From an uncultured Nitrososphaeraceae archaeon (GTDB taxonomy: Archaea > Thermoproteota > Nitrososphaeria > Nitrososphaerales > Nitrososphaeraceae): a DNA stretch of 64,000 bases. Positions 41,672-52,543 of this stretch are shown here, piece after piece. A program made the translations under genes and the position numbers. The stretch lies in NCBI GenBank assembly GCA_963729045.1, contig CAVSMN010000012.1, positions 288,001 through 352,000 on the forward strand. The letters run 5' to 3'. Positions within the stretch are counted from its first letter, which is position 1; every line of letters starts with the position of its first letter. The notes under the pieces were generated by a model, which saw only the letters and a list, made by a program, of their open reading frames with translations, had not been told where the DNA came from and searched no databases.

Positions 41672-42923
41672 AATTATTACATAAACAGAAAATTATATAA
41701 TTAAATCCCTATACGCAACATTCGCCGATATGTGCCAGACTTGCACACTTAATGATGATTATGCGTCTTTTAGGAAAAAAATAAAAAAATTGTATAGTCA
41801 ATATTTGGTATATATCTTGGTTTATGCCATACATACAATAGATTATTCCTAAATCGATGCCATATTTATTTATCTTACAAAAAGGTAGTGATAGCGAAGG
41901 AATTTAAAATCGGTTATTTGAGATTATTTTAGAGTCAAGTCTAAATTTACGATTTGGGATATTTTTGTCGTTAATGTGGTTTACAAAATTGTTTGTTAAT
42001 CATCAATAATTTAAAGATCGATAGGTAATTCACTTGTCAATATTTACCCCCTTTATTAAATCAAATCAAATGATGACAAGGATTCAGACTTCAGACCCTG
42101 TTGTATATTGGAATTTGGTATAAACAATTTCTAAATAAGTTCCTATATGCAAGATCTGCATCTATTAGCTAAATCTGGCATATTATTAAACGGATCCAAA
42201 TATACTAATAACATTATATTTTATTAGGAATGATACTTTTTATGGATATATTCATATAAACCCGTTACTTTTTTGTATTTTTTTTATAAAGAGAGTTTAA
42301 TAACTATGAAATACCAAGTATTGATGATTGGCAGTCCCATCCAATCACAAAGATACTCCACGAAGAAACACAAAAGCAGTACGTATTCATTATAGTAGTG
42401 ATTCAGGTAATACCTAAATCGATGCCAGCACATCGTTAAGGTTATCAACCTGAATCACAATATCATTAGTATAAAAAGTAGGATACCCAACAAGGTTTAT
42501 GGACAGTCTATCATATTAAGAAATTGAAGTATTCTCTAAAAGTGACTAAATGATGCCATCTCTCTCTGTAGCTTAATAAAAAACCATAGCAAATACTAAA
42601 AAAGAGTGATTTTGACTATTTGGAATAAAAACCATCAAGAGCTTCGGTTATATTTTACATACATCTGTCTGTTTAGCTTTTCTACATATTACGGACGAAA
42701 CTGACTTTTAACACAAATCTACATGCGAATTGTGGATACCAGATTTAATAACCCTTTTGAGACCGGGCAACTGTCACAATAAGGGTCTCTGATCTTCAGT
42801 AAACTGCTACGTGAGAATCATATGTATCTATTCAAAAACCAATGCTTCAATAAATAAATTTAACAGGATAACAAAATTTTCTTTGCTTCTAATTGTAATT
42901 TCAATAGGGACATTTCTTCTCTA

Positions 42924-43853
42924 TCAGTTCTCACATTTTTTTATAGATTTTGCTGGTACGCCTGCAACAATGTCTTCATCTACAATATCATAAATAACAG
43001 AACTGCCTGAACCCACAATAACTTGATCGCCTATTTTTATCTTATTTTTTATCGTACTATTTAGCCCTAACCAACAATTATTGCCAATGATAGTACTACC
43101 ACCTACTATAGTTCCAGCTGTTAGCTCGGTATTTTTTCCAATATTGACATTATGGGCTATATGGCATAAAGCATCAATTTTGGTTCCTTGTCCTATAATC
43201 GTGTCAGAGAGAGATCCTCGTGCGATAGAGCAATTTGCAAATATTTCTACATCGTTTTCTATCACCACTTTACCATAATGAGGGAATTTTTCTAGATCTA
43301 AAGTATCACATGCTCTTTCAAATGCAAATCCATCAGAACCAATGGTTGTATTTGGTTGAATAGAACAATTATCTCCTACTTTACAATTTTGCAAATTTGC
43401 TTTTGATTCTATTATAGTATTATTACCAATAGAACAATTATCACCGATAACTACGTAGTCACCAATATAACAATCCCTTCCTATCTTTGCTGAATCGGCT
43501 ATAACAGAACTTTTGGAAATACCAACCTTAGGCAGAGCATGGGTAATACGCTTTGCAAGTCTTGTAAATTCAAGTCTAGGATTATCAACAAATATCAATA
43601 GTTGTCCGTCCTTGTGATTTGGATATACCAGCCCCTCCATACTTTTTTTACAAAGTATCACACCAGCGTTTGATTGTGAAATAGAGAGCATGCCTCTGTA
43701 TTCCTCAGATGAACAAAATGAAACATACCAATAATTTCCATTGTATAAAGAGGGCAAACTTTTTGTCAATTTTGACTTTATTGGTGAATCCTGGCCTTCT
43801 AACGTATAACCTGAATCAGTAAGGTGCTGCAATAATGATTCAACGGTCCACAA
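42924..43853 (-). CDS. LpxD-like hexapeptide-repeat acyltransferase
   Basis: VDNPRLEF, IGSDGFAF, G.V.IENDVEI.AN.SI.RG.L.DT.IG.GTKID..CHIAHN, GVPAK. Confidence 0.85.
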   Translation of the reverse strand: MWTVESLLQHLTDSGYTLEGQDSPIKSKLTKSLPSLYNGNYWYVSFCSSEEYRGMLSISQSNAGVILCKKSMEGLVYPNHKDGQLLIFVDNPRLEFTRLAKRITHALPKVGISKSSVIADSAKIGRDCYIGDYVVIGDNCSIGNNTIIESKANLQNCKVGDNCSIQPNTTIGSDGFAFERACDTLDLEKFPHYGKVVIENDVEIFANCSIARGSLSDTIIGQGTKIDALCHIAHNVNIGKNTELTAGTIVGGSTIIGNNCWLGLNSTIKNKIKIGDQVIVGSGSSVIYDIVDEDIVAGVPAKSIKKCEN

Positions 43854-43919
43854 TTGTACAATTCATCCTCATCTTTGTTCCCTATTTTTGCTTCGAATAA
43901 AACTTGTAATTTGAGTAAA

Positions 43920-44141
43920 CTAAAAAGAAAATCTTATCCATCTAATTTCTTTTAGTTTGCAAAAGGGACAAAGCATTTTGTGACTGTCTAAATAAATACT
44001 TCCCGTTGTTTCAGAAAAAGAGGCATTCCAAGAACATTGGTTGCATCTCAAAGTATATTTGAAAGTCGAAGGCTTCAAATACATGTCCAGATTATCCTTT
44101 TCAATTCTTAATCCAACGGAATGATTTAGTTGCAAACTCAT
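43920..44141 (-). CDS. Small zinc-finger protein
   Basis: CNQC and CPFC pairs in 73 aa. Confidence 0.6.
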   Translation of the reverse strand: MSLQLNHSVGLRIEKDNLDMYLKPSTFKYTLRCNQCSWNASFSETTGSIYLDSHKMLCPFCKLKEIRWIRFSF

Positions 44142-44413
44142 GAGTAGTTATTACAATAATTGTAATAAAAGGAATGTTGTATATGATATATTGGAATAGT
44201 ATACGCAAATAATTCACATTCTATAAGCTTTAGTTTTGGAATTTATACAAAGCGTATAATAATACAAACACAAGTGACCCAGTGCATCTGTTACTATTAA
44301 TTAAGGAGATCCTTTCAGAATTCTTATAAATAATATGCTGTTTGTGGTTAATTAATCCATGTAAATAAGAAAATAGAAAAATTTGAAAGAGTATAAAAAT
44401 AATCGGTCTTTAC

Positions 44414-44764
44414 TTACCTCATCATGTTTCTACATTCTTGGGCACATTTCTTACACATTTCAGCACATTCTTTACATGCTTCCATTTTGTTACCCATTTT
44501 TTCACATTCCATTGCACATGCGTCACATATGGTAGCACACATTTCACACATTTGCTTTGAGTATTCGCTTCCACGAGCCATCATCATTGCTGCCATTGTA
44601 CACATCGAAGCACAGTCTCTGCACATCATCATACATCGGCCCATCATACCGGCCATTTCAGTGTTGGACATACATGCAGTACAACAGGCTTCGCACATCA
44701 TTGCGCATTCATTGCAAGTGTCAATACAAGTTTGGTTTTTTTGATTAATAAGAGTAGTGTTCAT
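44414..44764 (-). CDS. Four-helix-bundle copper storage protein (Csp3/DUF326-like)
   Basis: 21 Cys in CxxxC/CxxC periodicity over 116 aa, with no export signal. Confidence 0.9.
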   Translation of the reverse strand: MNTTLINQKNQTCIDTCNECAMMCEACCTACMSNTEMAGMMGRCMMMCRDCASMCTMAAMMMARGSEYSKQMCEMCATICDACAMECEKMGNKMEACKECAEMCKKCAQECRNMMR

Positions 44765-45222
44765 ACCATTAATAAGTTAAAAATATTATATAAACTTATC
44801 TAAAAAATATGAGAAAAACGTAAAATATATGCAAATATTGCGTATAAATTATGAAAATATAAAAGAATTATAAAATAAATATGTGATTTAAACATATAGC
44901 GATATACATAATAGCGTCGATTTAATTTTATCGTACCTGTTTATTAACTATTGAATTAATATCAAACCAACTATGAAATGAAAAAGTCGAAATAATATTG
45001 TATGATTTGTGTACCGGATTTTTAAATGCTAATTACATTTGAACTGATCAGGTTTATTAAAAATGATATCAAGATGTAAGATCTCAACACATTAGATGTT
45101 CAGATTCAAAAATGTTCTTTTATAAAATAAAGGGACTAGATCGATTAATACTTTATACTGATCATCTCTCTTTTATCTTTTTTTGGAAAACATGAGTATC
45201 AGAAATTCAATGAATAAATTCT

Positions 45223-45718
45223 CTATTTTATTTCTTTGATTCTGCCAGTTCTTACATCATATACAAACCCAGTTACTGAAGCAGCGTCAAGTAGGAATGG
45301 AGTGTTCCGAATTTTGTCGACTTGTTTTTTTACATTTTCTTCTAAATCGTCAAATGAATGAAATACTATGCCTGAAGCATTCGAATTGTATTTTTCCGAG
45401 ATTTTCTTTTGCAGGTCTTGGTCACTAAAGGTCAACATGCCACAGTCTGTATGATTTATTACAAAGAATTCTTCTGTTCCTAATAATTCGTGTGAGATTA
45501 TTAATGAGCGTATGGCATCTTCGGTAGCAATTCCGCCAGCATTCCTAATAATATGGGCTTCGCCGATCCCGAGTCCTAATAAATCATTTACATTCAATCT
45601 TGCATCCATGCATGCGAGGACGGCAATTTTTTTTGAGGGAGGCAATGGACAAATCTCCATCCTTGAAACTTTTAGCGTATTCCTCATTCTGAGATTTTAT
45701 CGACTCCAATTGTGTCAT
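45223..45718 (-). CDS. Beta-class carbonic anhydrase; N-terminus frameshifted near 45645
   Basis: ACMDAR, IRNAGG, HTDCG (Zn ligands C, H, C), GFVYDV.TG. True start is probably ATG 45718 (MTQLESIKSQNEEYA). Confidence 0.92.
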
Positions 45719-46290
45719 AAAATTATATGGTTAATAAATATAGAATTACCTTCCGAAATAGGTTATTTAGGTCTTTTTCATGTGAAAATTTCATCTTGCT
45801 CTATAAATTGGCGTATATCTTGACTGCTTTATGTTGTCTTTTTTAGACAGAGCATATGTCGAAGCCAAATAATTTAGGATTAAAGTTTATAGTAAAATAA
45901 ACTGGTAAACAAGCCAAACACTAGATAAAACAATTTATCCTTGTAAATACAATTAAGGATAGACCTGGAAAAAGGCTTGTAGGTTTACCTTTAAAGTGAC
46001 TGGTAAATAAAACCTCTTACATGCCCAACAATGTTCCAAATTTTCTGTAATTGGGTGCTCGAACCTACTAATGAAATTGATTCTTATAAATCAATAAAAA
46101 ATTCTGCTGTCATCATTCCAAAATTATATTAAAGTTAACAAATTCTCAATTCATTACAAATTAAATCGTAAATCTTAATTGTTTGGATATGATCCCGTCC
46201 CTATCAAAAAAAATTCTAGTTATTTCCAATTCATGATTTCAATGCTTGATGGGTTATTGTCTAGGACTCCAATTTAGACCGCTTGAAAGT

Positions 46291-46542
46291 TTACGGTGAT
46301 TCAAGATTTAGCGTTAATTGTAACTGAGAAATCTCGTTGTCTATGATTTGTGTATCTTCACTTGATCTAATTTGCTTGGTAAGTTTCCTACAAGCTTGGA
46401 TTTGAGCCCGATAGATTTCTGTCTTTTCCAGATAGAGACTATTAAGAGGCTCTATGAACGAATATAGGATTTCTCTCCTTTTCGAATTACCGCCAATTTT
46501 TGCATCTATTTGGACTAGTGCTTCCCCTTCAAGTTCCCTCAT
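46291..46542 (-). CDS. Hypothetical helical protein
   Basis: 83-aa ORF with an amphipathic pattern. Confidence 0.5.
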   Translation of the reverse strand: MRELEGEALVQIDAKIGGNSKRREILYSFIEPLNSLYLEKTEIYRAQIQACRKLTKQIRSSEDTQIIDNEISQLQLTLNLESP

Positions 46543-47270
46543 CTATTTTGCCCCCTTTGTATCTCGTATTTTATTGATTTGTGAACTGGTTTGCCAGTTT
46601 TACTTTCTAAACAGCAAGTCATTAAAGAATAAAGAAGACTATTTTTTTTCTTGGTTAAGGTTATTTTATGCATGTGTATTAAGATAAAAAACGTACACAT
46701 AAAAAGGATTTTAAATATGCAAAAAAAGACAAATCTAAGCAGACAACAAGCTTATTTACATTAATTTCCATTTTGAAGTTTGGAATTTCACTCGGATTTG
46801 GATTTAAGAATATGAAATGGTGATAAACAAAATTCATCCGAGTCAGAAAAATTTGTTCCCTAATTTGTATGGAGGCATATTAAAATAATATTCTGAAGGG
46901 GTTCAAATTAATATAGATTACTTAAAAGAAGTTGATCCTAATCAAAATATATTGTGCTAATGAGTGAAATGATCTCATAAATGGATAAATAAGATAGAAA
47001 ATAAGATAGAAAAATGTTTTAGAGTCGACTTATATTTGCTCTATCAAAATAACTCAACAAATGTTTTTAGTAATTTAAAAAATCCACTATGTTATTTATC
47101 ACTATCGAGTTAGCTCAGTGACATTTATATTTCAAATAATTTGATAACAAAACATACTCAGATAAAATCTAATGATATAGTGACTTACATAATTTGCATA
47201 TAATTACAGAATTTTTCACATAACAGAATGATATTAAGTATCAATAGGACTATTATTATTGTAATAATTA

Positions 47271-47918
47271 ATGTCATTCGGAATTTTCAAAGAAATTGAA
47301 AGACTAGTTGAGTATATTCCCATTGAGACGGATATGGACGGAATAGGCAAATTATCAAGTGATGCTGATATCGACTCTCAATTTTATTTTGAAGATCTTG
47401 ATAGAATAGCTGTAAGACTAGGAATCTTGGAAATTGGGAAAAGCACCATAAGTCTGCGAGACATAATTAAACTGTTAAACAAATTTTTAAAGGATGCAAG
47501 AGTTGAGGAGTTTGTAGAAAGCCCACGAAAATATGAACAATTGTTGACCAGTGGGTCTGGTTTGCCATTGAAAAATTTGTTATTTGAATTTAGTCTATCG
47601 GCCTTGGCTGGGGACAAATTAGATGCAAAAATATATTTAACTCATACATATCATATCCTGGGTCTGAGAAGAAGTTTAGTCCTACTCCTTTCGATTATTG
47701 TGAATGAAATTGAGAACATAAAATACGATGCTGACGTAAGAGAACTATTCACACTTTTAGCGCTGATGTCGGAGCCAAATAATGTTGATATTCATTTTAG
47801 TATAGATGAAAATGGGTTTAGCAAAAGATATAGCGGATACTTACAGGAACTTCAAAAATTAACATTACCTAAGAGAGGTAAAGATCCAATTGATCTTCAT
47901 TCCATAAAATTCTATTAG
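47271..47918 (+). CDS. Hypothetical protein
   Basis: 215-aa intact ORF. No motif recognised. Confidence 0.65.
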   Translation: MSFGIFKEIERLVEYIPIETDMDGIGKLSSDADIDSQFYFEDLDRIAVRLGILEIGKSTISLRDIIKLLNKFLKDARVEEFVESPRKYEQLLTSGSGLPLKNLLFEFSLSALAGDKLDAKIYLTHTYHILGLRRSLVLLLSIIVNEIENIKYDADVRELFTLLALMSEPNNVDIHFSIDENGFSKRYSGYLQELQKLTLPKRGKDPIDLHSIKFY

Positions 47919-48128
47919 AACGATAATAATTTTTTGATCTTACATTAATAAATTTTTACCTCATTTTATTCCAGTTAAATTCGTATAAATTGTAACCATA
48001 AATGATAGAATACACGAAATAGGTACAGATCTTACGGAGTTATCTAATGAATATGAAAATTTCACACCATTCTAAATTATTTTGCATATTTGAGAGTAGT
48101 AATATACAGGTTAAATCAATTAATCATA

Positions 48129-48354
48129 ATGGAAAATAAAGAAATTTCATATAAAAAATATTTAGGACTGGCAGCCGTTATTTTTGCAGTCGGTACTAGT
48201 AACTAGTAACTTCGGTGCTGCTTTCTCACAAAACAATACTGATGAGCTCGTAAATCTAAATTTGACGGGTGGTGACGTCCTCACAAGCCCTAATTCAACT
48301 GGGACAGATGCTAGCTCTAACGGGACCGATTCTAATTCAACATATACCCCTTAA
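48129..48354 (+). CDS. Small secreted peptide (about 74 aa after correcting one indel near 48192)
   Basis: MENKEISYKKYLGLAAVIFAV[V]LVTSNFGAAFSQ signal peptide, then an N/S/T-rich tail ending STYTP*. Confidence 0.5.
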
Positions 48355-48629
48355 TAGACAATTGTTCTAAACCATCACCTTTTTTTTAAATACTAATAAT
48401 TTTTGCGTTATTAATCCCTGTACTTGAGAAAGCGGTAACAAATAATACTGACTATTATGTTCACAATACATAAAACCTGCAATCTACGAAGACCAATTTA
48501 TTTGCTAGATATGAGATCAATTTACCCATAAACAGATAAACCTTCACATATCACAAGTATATTATTACCAAATTACTATTATTACTTTATCGCATTCTAG
48601 CAGATGCGGTACAAGAACTTAAATCATGC

Positions 48630-48734
48630 ATATTGCAGGCAAGGTAGGAGCAAAGAAGATGAAAAATAAAAATCTCTCATGGTAGTATCATCGTAGTGAA
48701 GTGCTGTAAGCTTGCCTCTACTTTCCTGCAATAT
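48630..48734. mobile_element. Candidate MITE-like element (105 bp, imperfect terminal inverted repeats)
   Basis: ATATTGCAGG and CCTGCAATAT are perfect 10-bp ends that extend imperfectly to about 23 bp. Confidence 0.35.
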
Positions 48735-49794
48735 TTTGTTCTTTAAAAGTTGTTAACATTCTTTAGTATGGATAATTAAATAATTGAAAACCTAAGCAGT
48801 GATTAAATATGACATTCGGATTTTTCTCAAAAATAGATTGTAGTAACTTAGTACACTTAAGCAAAACAGTACAATTAGCCGTCTATCTCATAACCGTATT
48901 TGTTACTTCTACGACAAAAGTTAATAAATATACACTTTTGATTCGAAAGCAATCTAGAAAGATATCGTACACAAGACAATAAACTTGAACTGGTTTATTT
49001 CATTCGAGTTGTATGACTATAGTGAATCTAGATTGGGTCCATCCAAGTCAGATTCAGAGCGTGGTCTTGCATTAACCATGATTTATTATACAGGTTAACT
49101 CCTAAAATTGAACCTGACTATGTGAGAATTTTTGTTTCTTCCCAGGGTTTATTTTAATCGTTTAGAAACTGACCAAGTAGTTACTTCAAATTAGCGATTT
49201 TCAAAAAGACTAATCAATAGACATAATCAAAAGTTGGTTAGTATCGTATGAAATAGTAAAGGCGTCAATTGGAAGTTCACGTTGGGAACTTTCTCATGCT
49301 TTTGTATCTTTCTTATGGTAGCAGCTGTTTTATCGATCAAAAAAAGCCTTCGTTAGGACAACCCTCACGTGAGTCATTTGATTGGAATATGTGAGCAACA
49401 CGATTTAATTTTCCTTTAATAGACACTTATTACACGATTGTAGCCTTTACCACTTCATTACAGTATCAGGCCTTTGAGACCTGATGATTTTCGCCTATTT
49501 CTAGGAGTCTGAGTCTGAGTGCAAGTATAGTAAGCACATTGGTTATTTATTTTTGATCTAAATTATCATTTTGTATTCTCAGGATTGAAACTAACAATTG
49601 ATTTGCTCTGGTGGTTCCTCAACGTAGAATTTGTCTACCAGCTATTCTTATCCTTCATACCTAAAAACCTGTAAGATAGTAGCATTATTTAGGAAATGAG
49701 TTACCGTTTTTTAAAATATAAAATTGACTATTTATAACCACGTTGACGGATTTCTGTACTAGGCATTTAAAGTATGTTGCACTTATATCATTAC

Positions 49795-49965
49795 ATGACA
49801 TCTGACGAATTTGAAAATAAAAAAAGAGACACTAAGAATGCTCTAGATGAAGCAGGAGATAAACTAGAAGCAGGTGCAAAAGCAGTAGCAAATAAGCTCG
49901 GTGATACTGACAAAGACATCGGAACAGAGTATAAAAAAGAAAAGTTAAAAGAAGATTTGAAATAA
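49795..49965 (+). CDS. Small hydrophilic LEA/CsbD-like protein
   Basis: NALDEAGDKLEAGAKAVANKLGD, charged and Ala-rich. Confidence 0.6.
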   Translation: MTSDEFENKKRDTKNALDEAGDKLEAGAKAVANKLGDTDKDIGTEYKKEKLKEDLK

Positions 49966-50107
49966 GAAATTTATTTCAAATTTATAGTTCATAGTCTCTT
50001 TCAATCAGAGATAAGCCACTTATTAAAATCATTTTTGATAGTTATAGTATTGAATACTAGAATATTTCCATATTAACTGTCAAAAATAAAGAATTACAAA
50101 AATGGTA

Positions 50108-50422
50108 TTAGTTAATGTTGTTTAATATATATTCCATTAATCTGTTACTAGATGCCGAATAGTAATCAAGGTTTTCGCTCATACACTCGGGACATTTGTT
50201 GGATAGAATCAATCTACTATGGTTAATCACCCCAACTGAAGAATGATAATAGCAGGTTTTACAGCGAATAATTTGTGTCTGTCCTTGTCCAGTTATGATC
50301 TTTTCATATGGTAACTGATTGTGGGACAGTGTTCCTCGTTCACCTCTTACAACTTTTTTTTGTATTTTTTGTAATCTCTTATTCCTGTCTGACTTTGTCA
50401 GTACAGATTTTGTCAAAGACAT
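50108..50422 (-). CDS. Hypothetical zinc-ribbon protein
   Basis: CKTC and CPEC pairs. Confidence 0.55.
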   Translation of the reverse strand: MSLTKSVLTKSDRNKRLQKIQKKVVRGERGTLSHNQLPYEKIITGQGQTQIIRCKTCYYHSSVGVINHSRLILSNKCPECMSENLDYYSASSNRLMEYILNNIN

Positions 50423-50629
50423 AGGTAATATAACAGAGAATTATGATTTAATTAGATCTCTACGAGCAATGAAAACCATATATATGAAATTTATGCCAAT
50501 AATTATTCGATTTACTTTTAGTTATGCATCATCCAAAGAACGAATCCAAAACCGATGCATAATTCACACATTTCTGTAAAAAAATACACCAACCAAAGCA
50601 AAGATATGAAATGAATACTTAATTTAGGT

Positions 50630-50870
50630 ATGGCACAAACAACTAAAATTAAATATTCCCATCCGGAAGTACAGGATAATACACAATGAGTTGAAGTAAC
50701 ACTTAGACGATCCTAATATAAGAATAGTAGAAGTTGACTATGATTCTCAAGCTAATTGCCATCTTGGTCATATCCCAGGAGCAATTCTGCTTGAATAGAA
50801 AAATGACATAACTCATCCTATCTCAAGGGAAATTCTATCTGCGGAAAGTTACAAAAAAATCATATTCTCA
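50630..50870 (+). pseudogene. Thiosulfate sulfurtransferase (rhodanese, CysA/SseA type), 5' remnant
   Basis: YSHPEV..NTQ*VE..HLDDPNIRIVEVDYD....LGHIPGAILLE*KNDI.HP.SREILS. Two Trp codons have become stops, there is a frameshift, and the gene is truncated. Confidence 0.85.
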
Positions 50871-51146
50871 AGTTTAGAAAGGCATACTTCGATCTTCATG
50901 TAATCAGACTATATCAAAATAATTCTTGGTGAAACTAGTTCGAGTCAGGGTTTTCTAATATCTTAGGTATATTTATTCAATATTGTATTTAAGAGTAGAC
51001 TAAAACTTAAAATATATTTATTCCACCCAGTTTAACCGATGAAGTTAGCGATTCTCACGTATTGAAGAATACGCTAGTCATAATCATGTAAGTAGATTTA
51101 TTAATTTCGAAAAGGCTCTAGTCCCTAAATTAGTAGGTTAACAGGA

Positions 51147-51625
51147 TTGCGAATTGGAAAATTATATAATAAATACAAGGATTATGTCTTATTTAATAAA
51201 AACATACTAATTTCAGGTATTTTTGCTTTCTTTGCTGGGGCTATCTTTACACAGTTTTTTTCTGAATTCAATTCCGACAGCCTATCAAACTCGATCGTTA
51301 CTCTAATCATGGAGTATTGTGTTTACATTCCTATTTTTTCATATTTGTTCTATCTGGACAATAAATCTCGCTATATTAAAAAGGAGACTGGTAAAAAAAA
51401 TTATAGTAAGATTAAGACAGATATCAAGAAGCTGATTGCAGCATTTGCAATTTCTGAGACTATCTATTCAGATTTCGAAAGTACATGATTCATTACCAAT
51501 TGTTAACCCTTGGTTTCATTGAACCATATCAGACCTCCATGATAGCTTCCATAATTGCTTGGATAATTTTCCTGTTGGTTATTAATCTAAGTATAAAAGC
51601 AGTTCACCTCTTTAAGTCAAAATAA
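51147..51625 (+). CDS. Small integral membrane protein (about 4 TM), frameshifted near 51470
   Basis: Hydrophobic segments. The reading continues off-frame as IHYQLLTLGFIEPYQTSMIASIIAWIIFLLVINL to the stop at 51625. Confidence 0.6.
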
Positions 51626-51791
51626 GTCATTGAATTTGGAGCAATACTTCCTATGTCCCTTATTTTAGGAGTATCTATCCAATTTAGTCAAATTTTGAGT
51701 ATCATCATTGTAAATTTAACTATCCGTGCATGATCTATGATTAGAATTATTTAGTAGTTATTAATATTACCCATCGATATTAAATAAAGGC

Positions 51792-52502
51792 ATGAGAATC
51801 GGTGCGGGGATTGTATTTTTTGATGACGCTAAAGGCTTGAAGAGATGCCTACACTCAATTGCATCCAACGTTGATTTAGTTATAACCATTGATGGAAAGT
51901 TTAAGGAATTTGATGAGGACTATGATATTAGCATTGATGGTTCTAGGGAGGTTGTAGAGTCATTTCCTAATACGAGATATTATTGTTATCCAAATATTAC
52001 TGAGATAGAAAAAAGAAACAAATATCTAGAGATCGCTGCAAAATTGGGAATTGATTTTTTGATCGTAATAGATTCAGATGAGTATGCTGTAATCGATAAA
52101 GAGGAACTGAGGAGAAATTTGCATTTCATAAAGGCTGGGAAGGAACTGTCGGAAACTTGCAATGAATTTATTCCTGAAGTCTATGGAATAAAGATGTTTG
52201 ATGAACAATATGAAAAACAGAACATGATTATAGAAAGATATAACGAAAGGTTGCTTTACAAACCCGGATACCTTCGATATTCTGCAATCCATAGCAATTT
52301 AATAGATATCAATAACAGGAATAGGAATTTTACTACGTCAAAATACACTAGTGAAATCGACGGCATCACATTATATAATGATGATCGTCTTAGAAGTTCA
52401 AGTTATATTAGTAAAAGTTTAAAATATCAAACCTATCTGTTTAATTCCGAGAGGATGGAACGAAAAAGAATAGTAGGATATGAGACATTAAGATATAAAT
52501 AA
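51792..52502 (+). CDS. Glycosyltransferase family 2-like protein
   Basis: LKRCLHSI, IDG..S.DGS, RN.YL, and DxD motif IDSDE. Confidence 0.75.
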   Translation: MRIGAGIVFFDDAKGLKRCLHSIASNVDLVITIDGKFKEFDEDYDISIDGSREVVESFPNTRYYCYPNITEIEKRNKYLEIAAKLGIDFLIVIDSDEYAVIDKEELRRNLHFIKAGKELSETCNEFIPEVYGIKMFDEQYEKQNMIIERYNERLLYKPGYLRYSAIHSNLIDINNRNRNFTTSKYTSEIDGITLYNDDRLRSSSYISKSLKYQTYLFNSERMERKRIVGYETLRYK

Positions 52503-52543
52503 TCCTAGTGTATTATCCACAAGAAAATTTCTTTCGCTAACCC

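Noticed and set aside
46987..47013. 12-bp tandem duplication AAATAAGATAGA
   Set aside because: It is a short, low-complexity slippage product with no evidence of function.
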